This document shows positions 28,012 to 38,009 of a stretch of DNA of 64,000 nt, piece by piece. The stretch comes from a virus. Lineage: Duplodnaviria > Caudoviricetes. Under the pieces are notes generated by a model. It made no database searches and was not told where the DNA came from. It saw only the letters and a list, made by a program, of their open reading frames with translations. Both the position numbers and the translations under genes were made by a program. How positions within the stretch are numbered: position 1 is the first letter of the stretch; every line of letters starts with the position of its first letter. The stretch is from IMG/VR virus record IMGVR_UViG_3300027278_000003. One strand, 5' to 3'.

Positions 28012-28019
28012 TAAATAAA

Positions 28020-28094
28020 GGACTGTTGGTTTATCGGTTAGAATTCTCGCCTGTCACGCGAGGGAGACGGGTTCGATTCCCGTACAGTCCGCCA
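28020..28094 (+). tRNA. tRNA-Asp(GUC)
   Basis: CTCGC-CT-GTC-AC-GCGAG, G73, CCA. Confidence 0.9.
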
Positions 28095-28166
28095 TTAATA
28101 AGATATACTATGACAAATACCGGTACCGTTTGTGGAAAGTGATAACAGTTATAGTATATCTTTTAT

Positions 28167-28241
28167 GGCCCGTTCGTCTATCGGTTAGGACGCTAGGTTT
28201 TCAACCTAGAAAGAGGGGTTCGATTCCCCTACGGGCTACCA
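28167..28241 (+). tRNA. tRNA-Glu(UUC)
   Basis: CTAGG-TT-TTC-AA-CCTAG, CCA. Confidence 0.93.
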
Positions 28242-28279
28242 ATCATTATACTAAATATCATCATGAAAGATATATCATC

Positions 28280-29362
28280 ATGAAAGATTTAAAACAGTTG
28301 CAAGAACACTACGGATGTTCTCTGCCTTTTATCAACCAATACGTAGTAAAAGACCCAAAAGGTTACTCTGTTAAGCCTTGTTGCATGTCAACTGTTACCC
28401 CACCAGAGTATGTTGATACCTATAAAGAATTAAAAAATCATAAAATTATAGAAGAAACCCAAAATGCTTTTCTAGAAAAGCGTTGGCCTTCCACCTGTAC
28501 GATTTGTAAACTAGACGAAAGCGCCGGAGAACGCAGCTACAGGCAGAGCATGTGGTACAGACATATAAACCACTTTGAAACCAAAAAATTAGTATGGGAT
28601 CTACGGTTTGATAACGTTTGTAATCTAAAATGTATAATGTGTAACCCTAGTAACAGCAGTAAATGGAACGAAGATTTAGACATTTACAACCAATTCAATG
28701 ATACAAATATTGTAGAACATTTTACCCGAAAAACATCAGACATTGACGACATATTAAATGAATGCAGAAACACCGCAATTGAGATAAACCTATTGGGCGG
28801 TGAACCATTTTATAGCAAGAATACGTTTGATTTCATAGAACGACTTTCGGCTAATGTATGGAATACTGAAAATACTGAATTAATATTCGTCAGCAATGGG
28901 AACGGGTTGAACAACAAATGGATAGAATTGTTAAAGCGTTTCCGAAAAATATCAATAATGTTAAGTTTAGATGGTGTAGGTGAGTTAGCAAACTACATAA
29001 GATACCCAACCGATTGGGATCAATATTTAAAAAATGTTGACATTATAAAAGAGAACAATTGGAATCTAGCGTTTAATATAACTTGGAGTGCGTTAAATCT
29101 ATATCAACATAATGAAATCATAGAGTTTTGTAAACAAAATCATATAAGACGCAGAAATAACATTTTACATAATCCAAATTATCTAGGCTTTAATGCACTA
29201 AAAAATTTGAAGCCTATAGGTGTTAAAAACATAGATTACTACATAGAAAACCACCACGAGTACGATGATACTCTAAATAAAAAATTAAAAAACTATCTAG
29301 AAACATTGGACGCCAAACGAAACTTGAATAGTAAAAATTTAATGCCATGGTGCTGGGAATGA
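28280..29362 (+). CDS. Radical SAM protein with an N-terminal SPASM/twitch-like Cys cluster
   Basis: CNLKCIMC, GGEP, PCC and CTIC motifs; start reassigned to ATG 28280 because the track start lies across tRNA-Glu. Confidence 0.85.
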   Translation: MKDLKQLQEHYGCSLPFINQYVVKDPKGYSVKPCCMSTVTPPEYVDTYKELKNHKIIEETQNAFLEKRWPSTCTICKLDESAGERSYRQSMWYRHINHFETKKLVWDLRFDNVCNLKCIMCNPSNSSKWNEDLDIYNQFNDTNIVEHFTRKTSDIDDILNECRNTAIEINLLGGEPFYSKNTFDFIERLSANVWNTENTELIFVSNGNGLNNKWIELLKRFRKISIMLSLDGVGELANYIRYPTDWDQYLKNVDIIKENNWNLAFNITWSALNLYQHNEIIEFCKQNHIRRRNNILHNPNYLGFNALKNLKPIGVKNIDYYIENHHEYDDTLNKKLKNYLETLDAKRNLNSKNLMPWCWE

Positions 29363-29387
29363 TATTTGGCAGTAGCTAAATATCAAT

Positions 29388-30935
29388 ATGAATTCAAAAA
29401 TGTCAGATATTGTTATATTCTCGGAAAGTAGAGTTGATATGAATGGGCTGGGATCTCGCAGTTGGGGATCTTATAGTATAGCCTCACATTTTCGTTCTAT
29501 AGGTTTTTCAACTCAAGTAATTGATTACATATACAATATGAGCCATGAAGAATTAGAGAGAGCAATCAAAAAATATGTTTCATCTGATACCAAAGTTGTT
29601 GGGATTGGCGCAGCATATTGGGAATTTTATCCAAACCATATCTTGCAACAGCTTTCTAAAATTTCAAAACTAATAATTGAATTTTCAAAAAATATAAACC
29701 CAAACATAAAAGTCATAGCTGGTGGTCCTAGTGTGAGAATTTTTCTGAGAGAAAACTTCCCCAAAGTTGATGCCATTTTCGAAGGCTTTTCAGAAAGTGA
29801 TTCTAAAAAATATCTAGAACACGTGTTCAATAATACGCCGAAACCGTTAGAAAATAGTATTGTTAGAAATACTTCAATTTATAATAATGTAGTGGGTGAA
29901 CAGAGTTTTTTCTCAAAAAGTAAAACTTCATATGTGGAACATGACTACATATTGAAAAATGAAGTTCCCATACTAGAAATAGGCAGAGGTTGCATATTCA
30001 ATTGTAAATTTTGTAGTTTTGCGCTTAAAGGTAAGAAGAAGTTAGATTACATAAAAGATCAATCGCTGTTACGGGATGAGTTAATAGAAAATTACGAAAA
30101 GTATGGCATGGATAAGTACATCTTTGTGGATGATACTTTCAACGATAGCCAATACAAACTAGATGAATTGTACAAAACTTTTTCTTCATTGCCATTTAAA
30201 ATGAACTTTTCTGCATTTTTGAGACTTGACTTGTTGAACGCACACCAAGATCAAATTCAACAGTTACAGGAAATGGGGTTAACGTCTACATTTTTTGGAG
30301 TAGAAACATTTCACTATCAAGCGGCAAAAGAAATTGGTAAGGGCATTCACCCAGATAAAGTAAAAGAGCTACTTCATAGGCTCACATCAGTAGATTGGAA
30401 GGACAAAGTTAAAGTAGCCATCACATTACTTATTGGTTTACCACATGAAACCTACGAATCACACGAAGAAACACTAAAATGGATTTTAGACGAAAACAAT
30501 TTAGTAAATCAAGTTGTCCCACATCCACTGATAATACAAGATCCCAAAACACTAATAATACCGGAACAATATCCAAATGTGAGTAAATATCAATTAGAAT
30601 CCGAAAAGTATGGATTTTATTGGAAAGATGACCCGCTTGAATGGCATAATCACATCGGTCCTGTGAAATCTAGACAGGAAACTCTGCAACTATATGCAAG
30701 ATACATAGAAGCGGTGAAGCGCAGTAACCGAGCAATTCAGGGCGGATTTAACTTGCATAGATTATGGCCACTGGTTAAAGTTTATAAACCAAATTTAGAA
30801 TACGATGACTTACTAAAAATGTCAAGGAAAGAATTCGATGACCTGTCTACATACCTATTAGAAAAAGACATGGTAGAATCAACTTTAGTCAACACTTATA
30901 AGAGAAAATTATTAGAAGATGACCGGACCCTATAA
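29388..30935 (+). CDS. B12-binding-domain radical SAM protein
   Basis: IAGGP, RGCIFNCKFC, FVDDTF, FFGVET and LLIGLPHET motifs. Confidence 0.85.
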   Translation: MNSKMSDIVIFSESRVDMNGLGSRSWGSYSIASHFRSIGFSTQVIDYIYNMSHEELERAIKKYVSSDTKVVGIGAAYWEFYPNHILQQLSKISKLIIEFSKNINPNIKVIAGGPSVRIFLRENFPKVDAIFEGFSESDSKKYLEHVFNNTPKPLENSIVRNTSIYNNVVGEQSFFSKSKTSYVEHDYILKNEVPILEIGRGCIFNCKFCSFALKGKKKLDYIKDQSLLRDELIENYEKYGMDKYIFVDDTFNDSQYKLDELYKTFSSLPFKMNFSAFLRLDLLNAHQDQIQQLQEMGLTSTFFGVETFHYQAAKEIGKGIHPDKVKELLHRLTSVDWKDKVKVAITLLIGLPHETYESHEETLKWILDENNLVNQVVPHPLIIQDPKTLIIPEQYPNVSKYQLESEKYGFYWKDDPLEWHNHIGPVKSRQETLQLYARYIEAVKRSNRAIQGGFNLHRLWPLVKVYKPNLEYDDLLKMSRKEFDDLSTYLLEKDMVESTLVNTYKRKLLEDDRTL

Positions 30936-31209
30936 AACAAAATTCCCACAACAAGCATACAAGCCTAAGTTCAAACAAAAAGAACTTATTCAGATTGCGC
31001 GTAAAATTTGTAGCACACCTGAAGGTTATAAAAGTGACATTGATCCTGTAGAATTCGAATGGAAACCAAAGCGGGGTATCGTGTTGCTACACATGCAGTA
31101 CGCCGAACCCATTGAAGCACAGCAGACTTGGACTTTAGCATTTCCTATCGAACCATTTGAAATTGGTTATGACAAATGGGTGGAGAGTTTAAAAAATGAA
31201 AATACATAA
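30919..31209 (+). CDS. Hypothetical protein
   Basis: Overlapping ORF chain. Confidence 0.5.
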   Translation: MTGPYKTKFPQQAYKPKFKQKELIQIARKICSTPEGYKSDIDPVEFEWKPKRGIVLLHMQYAEPIEAQQTWTLAFPIEPFEIGYDKWVESLKNENT

Positions 31210-31393
31210 TTATATAATTCGATCAATTTTGATCGCTACTGCGATAGCGTTGCTAATTTCCATATTTGCTATAGCACTAATTATTTTACCATTCTTGATT
31301 GTTTTGTCAGTTTTAGTAGCATCATTGCTCTATGTATGGGTTATAATAGAAAATAAAAAACCTTACATCTTTGGTGAAAAACTGACATTTTAA
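31196..31393 (+). CDS. Small membrane protein
   Basis: Long hydrophobic stretch. Confidence 0.5.
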   Translation: MKIHNYIIRSILIATAIALLISIFAIALIILPFLIVLSVLVASLLYVWVIIENKKPYIFGEKLTF

Positions 31394-31905
31394 GAAGTTA
31401 AAAAAATGTCATGGTAGTTTGAAAGTACTTCATCCCACGTATATGGTATGTTCAATTGAAGGAAATACCTATCTTTTTTTACGTCCGGGACTCCATGACG
31501 GATTTTGGCATTTATAATAGTGGGACATCTATATGTGTGTCGTGCAATTTCATTCTTATTTTTATCTATGAATATTATATCCGCAGGATAATCTGTGAGT
31601 GGAAACATCAGAACTACATTTCTAAATATGTCTTTGTGGAATGGCATTTCGCCGCCAGCGAGAAGTTTATTGTATTTGAATTGTTTTATGTCTCGTATTT
31701 CTGGTGAGAGTTGGTCTAAGATATCAGTGAATATAGAAACTTCGTCCTTGTCTTCTAAGTATACATCAAAATAATTCATTTTACTTGTATCAACTCCGCT
31801 TCTAGAATAAAGAGGGTTTGGTTGCCAATTTAATTTATGTTGATATTCAAAAATTCGTTCTTTGTCATACTTCAATGATGGTATTTCTAATACATAATCG
31901 TCCAT
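31390..31905 (-). CDS. 2OG-Fe(II) oxygenase-like protein
   Basis: PFHKD, RHGV and RYFLQ motifs; TATAAATA on the minus strand at 31927-31934. Confidence 0.55.
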   Translation of the reverse strand: MDDYVLEIPSLKYDKERIFEYQHKLNWQPNPLYSRSGVDTSKMNYFDVYLEDKDEVSIFTDILDQLSPEIRDIKQFKYNKLLAGGEMPFHKDIFRNVVLMFPLTDYPADIIFIDKNKNEIARHTYRCPTIINAKIRHGVPDVKKDRYFLQLNIPYTWDEVLSNYHDIFLTS

Positions 31906-31997
31906 GATATACTCCGTTACATAACATATTTATAATAAACATAGTAGTTAAGTTACGCTCCTGTCTCTTTAAATATATATGAGATGGGAGAAATATT

Positions 31998-32216
31998 ATG
32001 AAATTTCTATACGTAGATGTTCGTAACCGAAAGATCGTTGCAGTATTTCAAAATTCTAAAGGTGAAAACCTATACTGGACGAAAGAAGAAGTTCTTGAAC
32101 AAAAGAAAAAACATCAAGTGCTATCAAGTTGGGCAATGATTCAACATTGCGACGATGCACTTGAAGCAATGGAGTTACACAAAGTTTCTAAGAAACCTTG
32201 GTGGAAATTCTGGTAA
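31998..32216 (+). CDS. Small hypothetical protein
   Basis: GGGAG RBS; ends in KKPWWKFW. Confidence 0.6.
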   Translation: MKFLYVDVRNRKIVAVFQNSKGENLYWTKEEVLEQKKKHQVLSSWAMIQHCDDALEAMELHKVSKKPWWKFW

Positions 32217-32245
32217 TAAACTTAATGACATTATAAGTTAAACTA

Positions 32246-32270
32246 GACCCTGCTTCGGCAGGGTTTTTTT
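32246..32270 (+). terminator. Intrinsic terminator
   Basis: GACCCTGC-TTCG-GCAGGGTT followed by a T tract. Confidence 0.9.
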
Positions 32271-32333
32271 CTTGTAACTAATATCTGCATTTAATGATAA
32301 ATACACATAACGCTATTTTAAAGGGAAATCAGC

Positions 32334-33743
32334 ATGAGACTATACGATTTATTTGAAAATGAAAATTCAAACTTGGTTGTGATCTACCCAGGTCGCTTTC
32401 ACCCATTCCATATTGGACATGGGAAAGTTTATCAATATCTAAAGAAACAGTTTCCGGGTGCAAAAGTGTATATTGCAAGTTCAAACAAAACAGATGCACA
32501 CAAATCACCATTTGCGTTTGATGAAAAGAAAAAGATGATGATGCTTGCTGGTGTTGATCCGAATGCAATCGTACAAACCAAAGTCCCCTATGTAGCGAGT
32601 GAGATTACAGATAGATTTGATCCTGATAATACTATCGTTGTATATGCAGTATCAGAAAAAGATATGCTAGAAGACCCAAGATTTGATTTCCCACAAAACG
32701 GTCTAAAGATGAAAAAGAACGGTGAACCTGCACACGTTCAAAAGTGGCCTGGCGTTAAAAATGCAAAACCTCTACGTGATCATTCATACGTTGTTACTAC
32801 TCCAACATTTACTTTCTCTATTCAAGGTGAAGCGATTAACTCTGCGACACAAATTCGCAATATGATTGCACACGCAGATGAAAAAGAACTAGTTAAAATT
32901 CTGCAAGATTTATACGGTCGCAACGATATTCCACGTGAAGTTATTTCTCTGTTCCAGAAGAAACTGGGTCCAAACACAGTGAGTGAAAACTGGGAAGAAG
33001 ATTGTGCATTCGAACTACTACTAGAAGCAGAAATCATTTGGGATCTACGTATTCTACGTGAAGGAAAAGTCTCAAACAGAGGCGCGTCACGTAAGAAAGA
33101 ACTAGAATTTCATAAAAAATTAGACAGACTTGTACACGACACATTTGGTACTCGCCCAGGCGAGTTAGATGAACGTGAACTTTCAAAGAAAGAGATTAAA
33201 AAACGTGATAAGTATGCAGATGATCTCCCAGATGCAGAATTCAAAAAGCGTTATGGCAAAGACTGGGAAGCAGTAAAATATGGCACTGCCACAAATATGG
33301 TAAAGCGTAAATCAGAGGGAACTGAAATGAAAATATCAGATATCGTAAATGAAGCGAAGGGTCCATGCTGGAAGGGCTATCAACAAATTGGCATGAAGAA
33401 CAAGAACGGTAAAAAAGTGCCAAACTGTGTTCCGGTAAGCGAAAATGAAATCACTGTAGAAAACGCAGATGAAATCTATGGCACATTCGATGATGCTATA
33501 TTCGAAGCAGAATATCAAGGTCGCGATGTGCCTCTAAACAAACCTATGCAAGGCGATGTTAAGAAATTCAAAGTATATGTAAAGAACGAAAAGGGTAATG
33601 TAGTCAAAGTTAACTTTGGTGATCCTGATATGAAAATCAAAAAATCGAATCCTGCACGTAGGAAGTCATTTAGAGCAAGACATAACTGCGATAACCCAGG
33701 ACCAAAAACAAAAGCACGATATTGGTCGTGCCGCAAGTGGTAA
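32334..33743 (+). CDS. Cytidylyltransferase-like (HxGH) multidomain protein, probably head-packaged
   Basis: YPGRFHPFHIGH; C-terminal small modules PCWKGY...VPNC and EAEYQGR...KARYWSC. Confidence 0.7.
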   Translation: MRLYDLFENENSNLVVIYPGRFHPFHIGHGKVYQYLKKQFPGAKVYIASSNKTDAHKSPFAFDEKKKMMMLAGVDPNAIVQTKVPYVASEITDRFDPDNTIVVYAVSEKDMLEDPRFDFPQNGLKMKKNGEPAHVQKWPGVKNAKPLRDHSYVVTTPTFTFSIQGEAINSATQIRNMIAHADEKELVKILQDLYGRNDIPREVISLFQKKLGPNTVSENWEEDCAFELLLEAEIIWDLRILREGKVSNRGASRKKELEFHKKLDRLVHDTFGTRPGELDERELSKKEIKKRDKYADDLPDAEFKKRYGKDWEAVKYGTATNMVKRKSEGTEMKISDIVNEAKGPCWKGYQQIGMKNKNGKKVPNCVPVSENEITVENADEIYGTFDDAIFEAEYQGRDVPLNKPMQGDVKKFKVYVKNEKGNVVKVNFGDPDMKIKKSNPARRKSFRARHNCDNPGPKTKARYWSCRKW

Positions 33744-33753
33744 GGAGTGAGCT

Positions 33754-34602
33754 ATGAGTAACTATCAACATCCAAATAATGACCCAAACCTAATGGGTGT
33801 GCAGAATTCAATGGAGTATAATGCTGCCGGAGATCCTGCATTGCGTGTTATTGCCAATCTAAACGGTTGGGGTATTCAAGTAGCAGATGGTGACATTGAC
33901 GGTGTAAGTTTTATTGAAAAGTTCGGCAGAACAAGTGACGTTCCAAACGGTGATATTTGCACAGTTTGGGATTATGCAGATACACAAGAGATGTATAACT
34001 ATCTAACTGCGCCATCAACGGTAACTGTAGTAAGCGACGATGCATCCGATAACCCAACAGGTAACGGCGCAAGAACCATCAACATACAAGGCTTGGATGA
34101 AAACTATCTACAGGTAAACGAAACTATTCCAATGAACAGTACAACCACTACTACATTCATTCGTGTGTTTCGTGCGCTAGTAGCCAACGCAGGCGCAACT
34201 GGCAACAACGAAGGTAACGTACTAATTCGTGCAACAAGTGACAACCGTGTTCTTGCACGTATTAAAAAGATTGCAAACAATGCTCCAGGTGCTGGACAAA
34301 CATTTATGAGTATGGTAACTGTTCCTGCGGGCAAGACTGCATATCTAACACAATGGGCTGTTAGTAGTGGCAAGCAAAATGCTGATACTATTGCTTATGT
34401 ATTTGTGCGTGATCCTCTTGCTGCGGGCGATGGTGCTTGGAACTGTAAAGACGTTGTGGAAATTCAAGCAAATAGTTACATTAAAGATTATGTTGTTCCT
34501 CTACGTTTTACAGAACGAACAGATATTGAAATCCGTGCATTCAGTGATACAGGCTCAAGTTGCGCAAGCACATTTAACTTAATACTAATAGACAACCAGT
34601 GA
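33754..34602 (+). CDS. Putative virion protein
   Basis: GGAG RBS, beta-rich, in a late operon. Confidence 0.55.
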   Translation: MSNYQHPNNDPNLMGVQNSMEYNAAGDPALRVIANLNGWGIQVADGDIDGVSFIEKFGRTSDVPNGDICTVWDYADTQEMYNYLTAPSTVTVVSDDASDNPTGNGARTINIQGLDENYLQVNETIPMNSTTTTTFIRVFRALVANAGATGNNEGNVLIRATSDNRVLARIKKIANNAPGAGQTFMSMVTVPAGKTAYLTQWAVSSGKQNADTIAYVFVRDPLAAGDGAWNCKDVVEIQANSYIKDYVVPLRFTERTDIEIRAFSDTGSSCASTFNLILIDNQ

Positions 34603-34610
34603 GAAAATAA

Positions 34611-35522
34611 ATGAGAATAGATGAATTTGAAGGCGTAACAAAGACGCAACTAGACGCACTAGAAAAAGTACTAGACCAAGTATTTGCAAAACTTGGCATT
34701 GATGTAGAATTTACACGCCACTTCCTAGATCGTGTAAATGATGAACGCAACATCAAGCAAATCACAATTAAAGAACTAGGAAACTTGTTCGCCAAAGAAT
34801 TCAAAAAATGGGGCAAGCCAATTGCTCAGATGGGACCTGATGCGGAAGCAGTTATGAAGGACCTAAGTAGTGATATTAACTTGCCTTTCGCTCTAAACTG
34901 GAATAAGCAAAGTGGTATGCTAGAATTAGTTGCAAAAACTGTTATGCGTAAGAAAAACTTCCGCACACCAAACAAAGAGTTTCCGGTTGAAAGTGCAGAA
35001 CTAGATGAAGACCTAGGTTCTATTCCGCCACTAACTGATCTAATCGTTATGGCAGTGGTTGCTCAAACAACAGTAGCAGCATTAAAAGCAGCATTCAAAG
35101 CTGGCAAGTATGCACTAAAGCTAAAGCGTATTGCAGACAAAGCGGGCGTCAAACTTGATCGTGCTATTATGGGCGAACAAGGAGTGGCTGAATCAAATCC
35201 ATTTACAGATGCACGTATGAATGCTATTAAAGCAGGTAAGAAAGAGTTTACTGTTAACGGTAAAACATATCGTGTCACTGGCGATACAAGCGATGAACGT
35301 GAAGCAATTGCAAATGAAGCAGTCAATCGTGATGAATACACAGCAAAACTAGCAGCAAAGCAAAAAGACAAGTTTTTTAAAGCAGCATTGGCAGCACTAG
35401 ATCGTCTCGTAAAGAGTGATCCACGTGGTCAAGATGTTGGTGGTTATGCATTTGATATTGCACGTGCATTCCAAGGCGTAAATGGCAGGGAACTAGCGAG
35501 AGCATACAATGAAATTCAATGA
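34611..35522 (+). CDS. Multidomain hypothetical protein (putative head cargo)
   Basis: N-terminal VEFTRHFLDRVNDERN module; domains separated by xxE linkers. Confidence 0.55.
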   Translation: MRIDEFEGVTKTQLDALEKVLDQVFAKLGIDVEFTRHFLDRVNDERNIKQITIKELGNLFAKEFKKWGKPIAQMGPDAEAVMKDLSSDINLPFALNWNKQSGMLELVAKTVMRKKNFRTPNKEFPVESAELDEDLGSIPPLTDLIVMAVVAQTTVAALKAAFKAGKYALKLKRIADKAGVKLDRAIMGEQGVAESNPFTDARMNAIKAGKKEFTVNGKTYRVTGDTSDEREAIANEAVNRDEYTAKLAAKQKDKFFKAALAALDRLVKSDPRGQDVGGYAFDIARAFQGVNGRELARAYNEIQ

Positions 35523-36702
35523 GGTAATTCGCAAAGTAGGCGACAAATATAGATTAGTAAGTAAAAAGGGTAAAAATCTTGGCACTTACGACACTAAGGC
35601 TGGTGCCGAAAAGCGCGAAAAGCAAGTAAACTATTTTAAGCATATGGAGAGTGTTGCACAAGAACCTGATCCACAAGGTTATCAAAAAGACTTGCTTACT
35701 ATGCCACCATATACACTTGTAGTCGATACATCTGGTGACTTGGATTGGTATAAATTCGGTCAGCACTTTGCACGACTAAATCAGCAAGATCCACACGAAT
35801 GGGGCCAGGGAGCAAGTGACATGGTTGTGACCCTTGCAAACCAAGATCAAGTTGATAGAGTAAAGGCGATCCTTGATCGTTTTGGCGCAGAGTATAAAGA
35901 AATCGGAGGTACAAATGTACACCCAGAAATTCACAGCGATAGTGCAGTCAAAGTGGACGAAGGCTGGCAATTACAGCTAGAACGTGGTAAAGATATGGAT
36001 GTATTACATATCACAGACAGTAAGACTGGTAAACGTACAGAAGTTCGCGGTAAATCAAATTATGAAACTGCGTATGATCCTAATGATCCGCTGCATAAAC
36101 TACTAGACAAGATTGGTAAAGCATCAAGCGTATCAGACTTAATGAACGGTGATCTTGTTGGCGTTAATCCAAGACACCCAGACGGACCAAAAGCAGATGC
36201 AGCAACAGCAAAAGCATTTAATGAAGAAACTGGCGAAGAAATGTTAAGTATCTTCCAAAAGATGCATCACGATGCTGGCAACAACGATGAAATGGATGCG
36301 TTCATCAAGTCACATGATTGGAAACTAGCTGACTTCACACCAGACATGTTCCCAAGCGAAGAAGAATTCTTTGACTATGATGACCCATTTGGTCGTGTCA
36401 TTGATATTGACTATTATCATCGCGTAGACTTGTCAAGTCCAATTATCGTAGGTCCTCAGTACAGTGATGGCAAGTATTCAGTTATCGATGGTAACCACCG
36501 CGCAGCAACAGCACAACAACTAGGTAAGACTATTAAAGGTTATTTCCCAGTTAAGAAAGTAAATGAAACTGCTGGTGTTGGTCGTATCGTTAAAGGTGTA
36601 AATACAACTGTTGATGTAGGACCAAATGAGATTATCAATCAAGTTAAAAAGTACGGTAATAGTGTTGATCGTGACGGTAAACCCAAACTTAACTTAAAGT
36701 GA
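35509..36702 (+). CDS. Multidomain protein with a ParB/Srx-like domain
   Basis: SPIIV...YSVIDGNHRA motif. Confidence 0.6.
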   Translation: MKFNEVIRKVGDKYRLVSKKGKNLGTYDTKAGAEKREKQVNYFKHMESVAQEPDPQGYQKDLLTMPPYTLVVDTSGDLDWYKFGQHFARLNQQDPHEWGQGASDMVVTLANQDQVDRVKAILDRFGAEYKEIGGTNVHPEIHSDSAVKVDEGWQLQLERGKDMDVLHITDSKTGKRTEVRGKSNYETAYDPNDPLHKLLDKIGKASSVSDLMNGDLVGVNPRHPDGPKADAATAKAFNEETGEEMLSIFQKMHHDAGNNDEMDAFIKSHDWKLADFTPDMFPSEEEFFDYDDPFGRVIDIDYYHRVDLSSPIIVGPQYSDGKYSVIDGNHRAATAQQLGKTIKGYFPVKKVNETAGVGRIVKGVNTTVDVGPNEIINQVKKYGNSVDRDGKPKLNLK

Positions 36703-36713
36703 TAAATACTACT

Positions 36714-36923
36714 ATGAAGATTTCAGAGATCATAAGCGAGAATTTTGCTGGCGCCTTTGCTGGTGTTGCGATGCCGATGACACCGGGCACGAAGAAAGAT
36801 GACGCCATTAAATCTGTTTATGGATCCAAGAAAAAGAAAAAACAGTATGAAATGGGTTATAGCTCAGATGTAGGTAATCTTGTGTATAACAAGCCCGTTA
36901 AAAATCCAATGATTAAAAGATAA
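36714..36923 (+). CDS. Small late protein (MKISEIISE...)
   Basis: GATAAATA at 36701; ATG at 36714. Confidence 0.5.
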   Translation: MKISEIISENFAGAFAGVAMPMTPGTKKDDAIKSVYGSKKKKKQYEMGYSSDVGNLVYNKPVKNPMIKR

Positions 36924-36934
36924 GGTAGAAAAAA

Positions 36935-37927
36935 ATGAAACTGTCACAACTAATCGAATCTTTTGTAATCTCTAATGACGAATTTGAAGATTACCTAGAT
37001 AGAGCAACAGAACAACTAGCACAAGAAGTGCAATCAGGCAAAAATGCACGTGATGCAGTCCACGACCTAGCACTACAGTTTGCAAAGCAACACAATAGTT
37101 CATATGACGCATACACGCGCATGTCAGACTCACTTTTCGCACGACTACATACTCTAGAACTAGATGGTTCAGAGTCAACTGATCTAGTGCCAATGGACGA
37201 GCCTATGGCAGACATGGGTGCAATGAATGAGCCTGAACTAGGTGGCGACATGGGCGCAGACGATGCAATGGGCGGTATGGACATGAACCTACCAGCAGAC
37301 GATGAAATGCCAAGTGACAGTGACATGGAAGATTATGCTGCGGTAATGGACAATGAACCAGAAGCAGAAGAAATGGAAGAATCATGTGGTTCATCACACA
37401 AGAAAAAGATGAAAGAAGAAGACACAACAATGGGTTCCATCGAAGTTAAAACAGATGAAGAACGTGCAGGTCGTGCAGCATTGTTTAACCTACGTAAAAT
37501 CGTGGATGAAAAGCAAGCCCGTTCAATCAAGTTTGTAGACGGCTCAACAAAAGTTGATATGTTCACAGCATCAGCAATCGTTAAAGTATATGATGCAGTT
37601 AACGCAGCAAACAAAGCAAAGATCATTAATATGCTAGGTACTGGTAAGGCAGGCCTTCTAAAAGTTGCAAACGCGGCGATGAAATTAGCGACAACAAACG
37701 AAGGCGTTCTTGGTGGTTTAGCAAAGGGCGTGGCAAATATCGCAAGTAACCAAATCAATAAAGCACAACAAAAGTTTGGTAATGCGGGGTCTACTACAAC
37801 AAAAGGTATCGGTGATATTAAAAAAGCTATCACACCTAATACTAAAAAAGTTGGAGAAGCAGTAACAGCAAAAGCAGACAAGATTATGGAAAGTGCAATT
37901 TCTAAGGCAGTTAAGTCAAAGAAGTAA
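36935..37927 (+). CDS. Acidic/low-complexity multidomain protein (scaffold or head-cargo-like)
   Basis: MKLSQLIES N-terminus; Asp/Glu/Met-rich linker. Confidence 0.55.
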   Translation: MKLSQLIESFVISNDEFEDYLDRATEQLAQEVQSGKNARDAVHDLALQFAKQHNSSYDAYTRMSDSLFARLHTLELDGSESTDLVPMDEPMADMGAMNEPELGGDMGADDAMGGMDMNLPADDEMPSDSDMEDYAAVMDNEPEAEEMEESCGSSHKKKMKEEDTTMGSIEVKTDEERAGRAALFNLRKIVDEKQARSIKFVDGSTKVDMFTASAIVKVYDAVNAANKAKIINMLGTGKAGLLKVANAAMKLATTNEGVLGGLAKGVANIASNQINKAQQKFGNAGSTTTKGIGDIKKAITPNTKKVGEAVTAKADKIMESAISKAVKSKK

Positions 37928-37987
37928 TTGACACTCGACTCGTAGTATGCTATATTAAAGGGAACTCGATTCAGAGTTCCCTTTTTT
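37928..37987 (+). terminator. Terminator overlapped by a sigma70 promoter
   Basis: TTGACA-N17-TATATT (37928-37956), then AAGGGAACTC-GATTCA-GAGTTCCCTT and a T tract. Confidence 0.7.
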
Positions 37988-38009
37988 ATTATCTAACGAG
38001 GAGATAACC

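Noticed and set aside
28130-28279. N-terminal extension of the radical SAM ORF
   Set aside because: It overlaps tRNA-Glu entirely; the real start is more likely ATG 28280.
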